Part shown: one piece after another, positions 57,143 to 64,000 of the stretch
Layout of the letters: every line of letters begins with the position of its first letter
Position numbering within the stretch: position 1 is the first letter of the stretch
Assembly: GCA_964016885.1 (NCBI GenBank)
Contig: OZ024741.1
Coordinates: 117,366,001-117,430,000 of the forward strand
DNA from: Eledone cirrhosa
Taxonomy: Eukaryota
DNA: 64,000 nt
Direction of reading: 5' to 3'
Translations under genes and position numbers: made by a program
Notes under the pieces: model-generated
What the model was told of the DNA's origin: nothing
Seen by the model: the letters and a program-made list of their open reading frames with translations, nothing else
Databases searched by the model: none

Positions 57143-57590
57143 TTTATATATAGTATATATCACTGTAGAGATTATTGGTATAGTATAGTGGAGTTTATAT
57201 ATAGTATATATCACTGTAGAGATTATTGGTATAGTATAGTGGAGTTTATATAATATATATCACTGTGGAGATTATTGGTATAGTATAGTGGAGTTTATAT
57301 AGTATATATCACTGTGGAGATTATTGGTATAGTATAGTGGAGTTTATATATAGTATATATCACTGTAGAGATTATTGGTATAGTATAGTGGAGTTTATAT
57401 ATAGGTATCAATGTAGTGATTATGGATATGGTGTAATGGGGTTTATATATAGGTATCAATGTAGTGATTATGGATATGGTGTAATGGGGTTTATATATAT
57501 GTATCAATGTAGTGATTATGAGATATGGTGTAATGGGGTTTATATATATGTATCAATGTAGTGATTATGAGATACATATCACTGTAGAGA
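57143..57590. repeat. Minisatellite with two related units (~51 bp, then 48 bp)
   Basis: tttatatatagtatatatcactgtagagattattggtatagtatagtggag x5, then tttatatataggtatcaatgtagtgattatggatatggtgtaatgggg x3-4. Confidence 0.95.
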
Positions 57591-57871
57591 TGTTTGTGTT
57601 ACGATGGAGTAGTGTTTGTATATAACATTTATCAATCTAGAGAGATTTTTGTGTTACAATCTAGCGACGTTTATGTATAATATATATTTATGGGTGTGAA
57701 ATTTCATCAGTTTAAACCTTTACCATAAACAACACACCGTTTGCACGTGTATATGTGTTTAAGTTTGTGAGAAGGTAGATAAATTGAGAATATCCTATAA
57801 GTCTCAATGGGTGTATAGATAGGTATATGTATTTAATTACACACAAACACACAGACAGATATATATATATG

Positions 57872-57917
<46 letters not shown>

Positions 57918-59950
57918 GGGAAACAAATTCATAGCTTGGTGGAGAGAGGAGAGGGAGATTCCTATATTTAATTATTTAATACACCTCCCTGTTATCTTAA
58001 TTCTATTAAGTGTCGAAAGAGTAAACTTGAGTTTGTACACACCGCACCCAGATCCCATGTCACACAACCTCACTCTTACCATCACTTCTTAGGCACGATA
58101 ACATAATTAAGACTTAAATAGTGGTGTCGAGTCAATCAAGATACACATCCGTTGCCAATAAGCGAGATGAATTCTTCAGAGAGGAAGGTGTTTGAAGGTA
58201 GAATCTATACCACAAGTAGACAGGTCGCTAGGTGGTTACACACCTTACAAGTTCTCTGAATTCCTTCCCTGTAACTGTCCTCTTTGCTGTTCATCTCAAC
58301 GATCGATAATAGAAAAAGCATTTGCCGTTTTCTTTTTTTTTCTATTTCTTCTTATTATTATTATTGCCACCGAGATCACCTTTTCTTTCATCCTCATGGG
58401 CTCAATATAAAGTACCAGTAACGCACGGGGTTAATCGACTTTCTCCGTCCATTCAAATTGCTGGCCTTGTGCCAAAAGTAGAAACAATATATTCAGCTGC
58501 TTCTGTCTTCTCTTTCTTCTCGTACTTCTCTTCCTTCTATTTCTTCTGTCTTTTCTTTCTCCTCCTCCTTCTTCCCTGCGTCAACCCTCGTGAGAGTAAT
58601 AAGCTTATTGATGAAATATACATTTTAGCTGCCAACACATTCGTTTTTTTTTTAATTCAAGTCTATCCAGTACTACATAATCTAATGTGCCGTTTTGGAT
58701 TGTTGTTTTTTTTTGTGTTTCTTTTTTAGATATTAGTGGATGCTATGAGGAAAATTTGGTTGCTATATCTACCATGTCGAATGACCACGTAGAGGTTCCT
58801 TCTGTGGTGCAATGAGTGCTAGTCAAGTATTGACTTCTAATAAATTTACCACCCATCACCTCCCGCTTTACTCTTTCAAAATTCAAAATGTTCTGCCAAA
58901 ACAAAAATTTAGTTATTACCATTATATTATTGGTAATATATACAATAAAAAAAAAACTTAGTTTTTTTTCCGGCTTGTTTGTGCCTTGTAACTGACTGAA
59001 TATGAAGACATAGCGTGCAAGAGAGAGGTGACAACTGTCTCAGCTAACCATGCAGAGAAAGACTGTAGCAGTTCATAAATCTTTTCTCCGTGTGAACTTA
59101 GATCAATTTCTCTTGGGTTCACCCGAGAAGCTAACTTTTTCGACCTTTAAGGTGATGGATTTCATCTTTAGCGTGCGTTTTAATTAAAATAACAGGCATA
59201 AGTTGGCGAATCGCATATATTATTATTAGTTTAACAGTGTTCCTTCTTAGTTGGAGTTTTCCATGCTTGAAATTCATTGACAATACATTGAAAATTCACA
59301 AATGTGATTGATGGCTGTCAGAGGTGGTTCAGGAGAAAAAAATGCCTACAGTCATTAGTTTTGTACAAGAAACGTAAAAAAAAAAGAAAAGAGACAACCA
59401 GCCTCTGTTATATTTAGAGTAGCTGTTAAGAGCAGTGTGTTGATCATTGATAGCGTCTCTGTCCGTTTCGATTATGAACATTAGGTTGTAGGATTAACTG
59501 AAACACAGCAACTCTTTGTTAATGAGAGTCTGAATCTGATTCTAAGGAGTTCCTCTCCTAGGTGCAGGCCTGGGTAATGTTTGTATGTATGTATGTGTGT
59601 GTGTGTGTGTAGAAAACCAACAGCCACTCGGGCATGCAAGTTTCCCCACACGCCACCGATATTGTCCAAGGGACGATACAAATTATTTTGTCCAATGCTC
59701 TAAAAATTCCAATAATTCACCTCTCCGGACTGTTATATCATTTATGGTTTCTCGAAAGGAAGATCGTCGATGTTGACCTCGGAAGGATTTCAACTCCGAA
59801 GTTGGAACTTAGAGAATCATATATCTATCTATCACCCATCCATCTATCATCCATCCATCGATTATCCACCCATCGATAAATCATACATCAAACATCTATC
59901 GATTTATCCATCCATCTAACCTTCTATCTATTTATCCATCCATTTATCCC

Positions 59951-59990
<40 letters not shown>

Positions 59991-61391
59991 CCTATTTATC
60001 AATCATCCAACTCTCTATACCACTATCCATTATCCCTCTATCTATCTATCTACCTACCTACACACCTACACACAAAGTAAACCATTATTTGGTTCGGAGC
60101 CCTACTTTCTCTGCTAAAACGCTACCAACGATAACGATCGCTATTCGTATATAGATAAACCTTAACTAGAGAATTGAGATAAGGTTTTTAATGTGTAAGA
60201 TTTGCGAGAGATTTAAACCGTTTTAATGCTTTTGATAGGTGACCAAAAGTCCTGGTATGTTTCCACGAGAATGAGAAGATAGTTAAATTATAGCCATAAC
60301 ATGATAAGTTAAGAAAAGAAGCCAGCTATACTGTAGATGTTTACTTCAAGTCAATGTTAAACACGAGCATGTTATCTACATCATCTTCCATCCAAGACAA
60401 TGTGAACTCTCCTTCAACCACGCTATTACCGACTCTCACTCTATCATACATATCTTTTTTTTTTGTTTTCTTTTTTTTTTCTGCATTTTCTTTCTTCTTG
60501 TGTTTTTTTTTTTTTTTTAAATGAATTAGCTGCTTCATAACGTTTAATATGGGGTCGACAAATGTAAAAGAAGCTTCTCTAGCCTTAATGAAGATTTCCG
60601 TTTGTCTTCTCATGGGATTCATAAATGTTGAAGTGGAGGGAGTGGGGTGGGGAGGGGTAGATAAGAAAGGGAACTTACAACGGATTACTTACAATGCCTG
60701 TCAATGAATTGCTATTAGCAGACGTTCTTTTGTGCTCCTTAAGTCATGACTTATCTTGATTGGAAACCTACTTAGTCAAAATTACCATAACTTTGAAACT
60801 ACACACATACACACACACACACACCACACACACACACACACACACACGGGTACATACATACATCTCAGATTTCTAAAATGTGTGTTTGACATCTCAACGA
60901 ATACAAGAAAGAGTGGATTAATTCCGTGGTATTTAGCTTATGAGATATTTTCTCCTGGAAATATATTCCCTATATTCCCGAGAGAACATTTTCGAGAATG
61001 TCTTCACCAGAAGTCGGAAGCTCTTCCAATAGACCACAGACCAATGAAAATTAAACCTGTTGTAGATATTAGGGAAATGTGTCGTTATTTTTTCTTCATA
61101 CTTCGCTTGTTGATGAAACTGAAATGTGTTTACAAGATAAAAAGCTATATTTAATTAGAAACAAGTGTATCAGTCTTGTTGATCGACACCTTTGAATCCT
61201 TATATTTGCAGTATTGTGTTTGTATTCCGAAGAATAAACAAAATATGTTTCCTAAAATAACTGAAAGTTGAGTTTATATATATATATTCTATATTCTCCA
61301 AAATGGCTAGCTGAATACACACGTGCTTTTTCTCAAAAGTTATTTTTCTGTCCCTTTCCTCTTTCGATTTCATCTTTTATTTCTCATTCTA

Positions 61392-61427
61392 TCTTCTGAT
61401 GAAGGACTAGAGTCCGAAACGTAAAGA
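61392..61427 (+). ncRNA. Minimal HHR with vestigial stem III
   Basis: tctt CTGATGA a ggac taga gtcc GAAA cg TA aaga. Confidence 0.85.
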
Positions 61428-61766
61428 CGCTTTTCCTACCATATCAAGCGTTAAACTACACACATACCAAACGTATTTATGGAAGACCACATATCAGGTG
61501 CAAAGTGGGTATATATATATAAATATATATATATATAAACACATACACATATATATATTTATATAATATTGATTTGCGAAGTTAGCCGTACGTAAGAGTA
61601 TAGTACACTATACGTATATATATAAATATCAACTAGAAATTGATTGACATATATATATATCTAAAATAAACATATGAAACAATCACAGGGAATAATTTGT
61701 AAATAAATATGGCGCATGTCTCTCGGACATGACACCCTTAATTTAATTTTAGATATATATATATAA

Positions 61767-61906
<140 letters not shown>

Positions 61907-62584
61907 GGTGAATTGAAACGAGATGAAATTTAATGACATACACATACATATATACACATATACACACAGAAATAGCGAAGAGGTATAAACATGTTATTGG
62001 AGAGAGAAGGTGGGAACCAGACACAAAATAAACATTTTGGTTTGGGTGCTAGGAGAGGTAGAGGAAGACGGAAACAAGAAGCTGAAGACAAAAGAATGAC
62101 ATTCTTACCAATTCCTCCGTCACAATAAAAGATTTCAAACATGATTTATTACACTGAAGAACGTAAATGACAAATGTTCTTCAACCATTTTGTTATTTTC
62201 AAATTCGTTTTCGAGTGTATGTATGTATGTATTTATGTAAGGACCCCTAGCCTTTGTCAGAGCATTCTTCTAGAAGGCAACTCGGGAAACTGGGATAACT
62301 CAGATAATAAAACATGCGGCTCAGTAGTTACCGATGATGTTGATCTTTTTTCTTTTCGGGTTATAGCTACTGTCGCTCAGAGAGTGGGATTGGCTCAGTG
62401 CACAGTCTTTCCTCACTTTAAAATATTCCACGATAGCATTAATTGATAATTATTAATAATGTTATATCGTGCAATGGCCATGCTCGATAACTAGGGGGCA
62501 GCCATCGTGTATGTATGTATGTATGTATGTATGTATGTATGTATGTATGTATGTATGTATGTATGTATGTATGTATGTATGTCG

Positions 62585-62810
62585 TTATTTTTATATCTGG
62601 AGATCTCTCTGCACTTGTAATCACATGGTACCATGGGCCCAGCACTATGTGTCAATAATTGTCACAAGTGTAGTGTTTGTACCAGAGTTTTCAAGTCGCT
62701 GGCTGGACTAAAAAGTCACTCGTTCAGCGCATCGGTAGGGGTTCTCCTACATGGATATAAAGTAGTGGCCGTACTCGAAAACGAGTTGACAGCCACCATG
62801 TATGTATATA
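62585..62810 (+). mobile_element. LINE (RTE-type) 3' end with C2H2-like finger and (TATG)n tail
   Basis: CSVCTRVFKSLAGLKSH; 3' end ggccgtactcgaaaacgagttgacagccacca(tgta)n; related tail at 62472-62580. Confidence 0.6.
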
Positions 62811-63033
62811 TGTATGCTTTATAATGGGATCAGGGACTTCTGGTCCGGTTGTATCCATAGGCTACAAGAAGCCAGGGGGAGGTGAAAGCATTATCAAACA
62901 TACCAGCAACATTATCCTGTAAACCTCACCATAGCACAATCTGTGGACTTGCTTACAAATCCTTAGCAGGTCGATAATCTCATGCCCGACATAAACATCC
63001 AAACTGAATATATATATATATATATATCCAAAC

Positions 63034-63112
<79 letters not shown>

Positions 63113-63328
63113 AAGTACAGCATATTCGAAGCTCGAGCCGCAGCTAAGCCGGCGAATGCTTTCAGCAGTGCAGCCAAGCACTCGACAAGGTATAAAACCT
63201 CAGAGTAATAACATATAGTTTAAAGGGCTTTGCAAATTGAAGATAGCGACCGGTAGTTCAGCCACGTGGTCCGTAGCAACGAAAGAACTGACTCGCGAGA
63301 AAAAATACATACATATATATATACATAC

Positions 63329-63359
<31 letters not shown>

Positions 63360-63410
63360 AGGGTGAAAGCAGCGATTCTTTGCTTAAACTTTAATCTGTT
63401 ATTTTAATAA

Positions 63411-63470
<60 letters not shown>

Positions 63471-63497
63471 CGAACCTGGACCATCACCATTTGTCTG

Positions 63498-63810
63498 AGA
63501 AACAAAATGGCGTAGGACAGAACAAAGGAGAGGCACAGAAACAAAGAAAGGAATCCCCAGTTACTGAAGAGGTCACAGAGTGTGTGACGAAAGAACTATG
63601 ACTATATATAAATAACTATCTGGTTGTGGAACCAACCAACCAGAAATTTATAAATTTATAAATTTATTATAAATTTATTATAATAAATTGAAGTGAAAGC
63701 AACTGGTGCGTGTGTTTCTTATTGGCAACATGACCCTCCCAAAGTATAACAATATCGGTTTCAACACACGATTTCAGATAAAGAATCTTGCTAAACAAAT
63801 TCAGAAACGA
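63498..63810 (+). mobile_element. PLE family P1 terminal fragment in (TA)n
   Basis: Nearly identical to the RC of 8263-8572. Confidence 0.9.
63559..63603 (+). ncRNA. Minimal HHR of P1
   Basis: agtta CTGAAGA g gtcac agagtgt gtgac GAAA g aa c TA tgact. Confidence 0.75.
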
Positions 63811-64000
63811 TATATATATATATATATATATATATAAACAAACACACACATTTATTTTGTCGAAATATAAAAAAAAATGATATATATAGTTATATATATA
63901 ATGTAATACCAAAGACGGAAAAAATAAAATAAGCCAAAAGATTCGTTTCTGAACCTTGTATATCCGGGATTAACATATAAGTGTAGAGTGGCAACCTTTC

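Noticed and set aside
62633-62824. Host C2H2 zinc-finger gene
   Set aside because: Single incomplete finger without TGEKP linkers, followed by a LINE-like tail and (TATG)n

Overview
AT-rich, microsatellite-dense eukaryotic non-coding DNA. The (TA)n/(CA)n/(GA)n load and the SINE and LINE types look like a cephalopod (Octopus-like) genome; this is an inference. No host protein-coding gene could be supported, and nearly all ORFs in the track are microsatellite translations. The window holds dozens of tRNA-derived SINEs (three with clear TSDs), 3' fragments of RTE and CR1-like LINEs, a few MITEs and minisatellites, and Penelope-like (PLE) GIY-YIG retroelement fragments. The main signal is about 15 minimal type-I hammerhead ribozyme (HHR) motifs, intact or degenerate, from roughly 10 different sequence families. 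Most have a palindromic stem III, and two carry the compensatory U3:A8 core. Most sit in short elements embedded in (TA)n tracts, and many of these elements are fold-back inverted repeats, up to a near-perfect 1.6-kb palindrome. Several further inverted duplications are centred on the (TA)n tracts themselves. All folding and alignments were done by eye, so coordinates of degenerate repeats are approximate.
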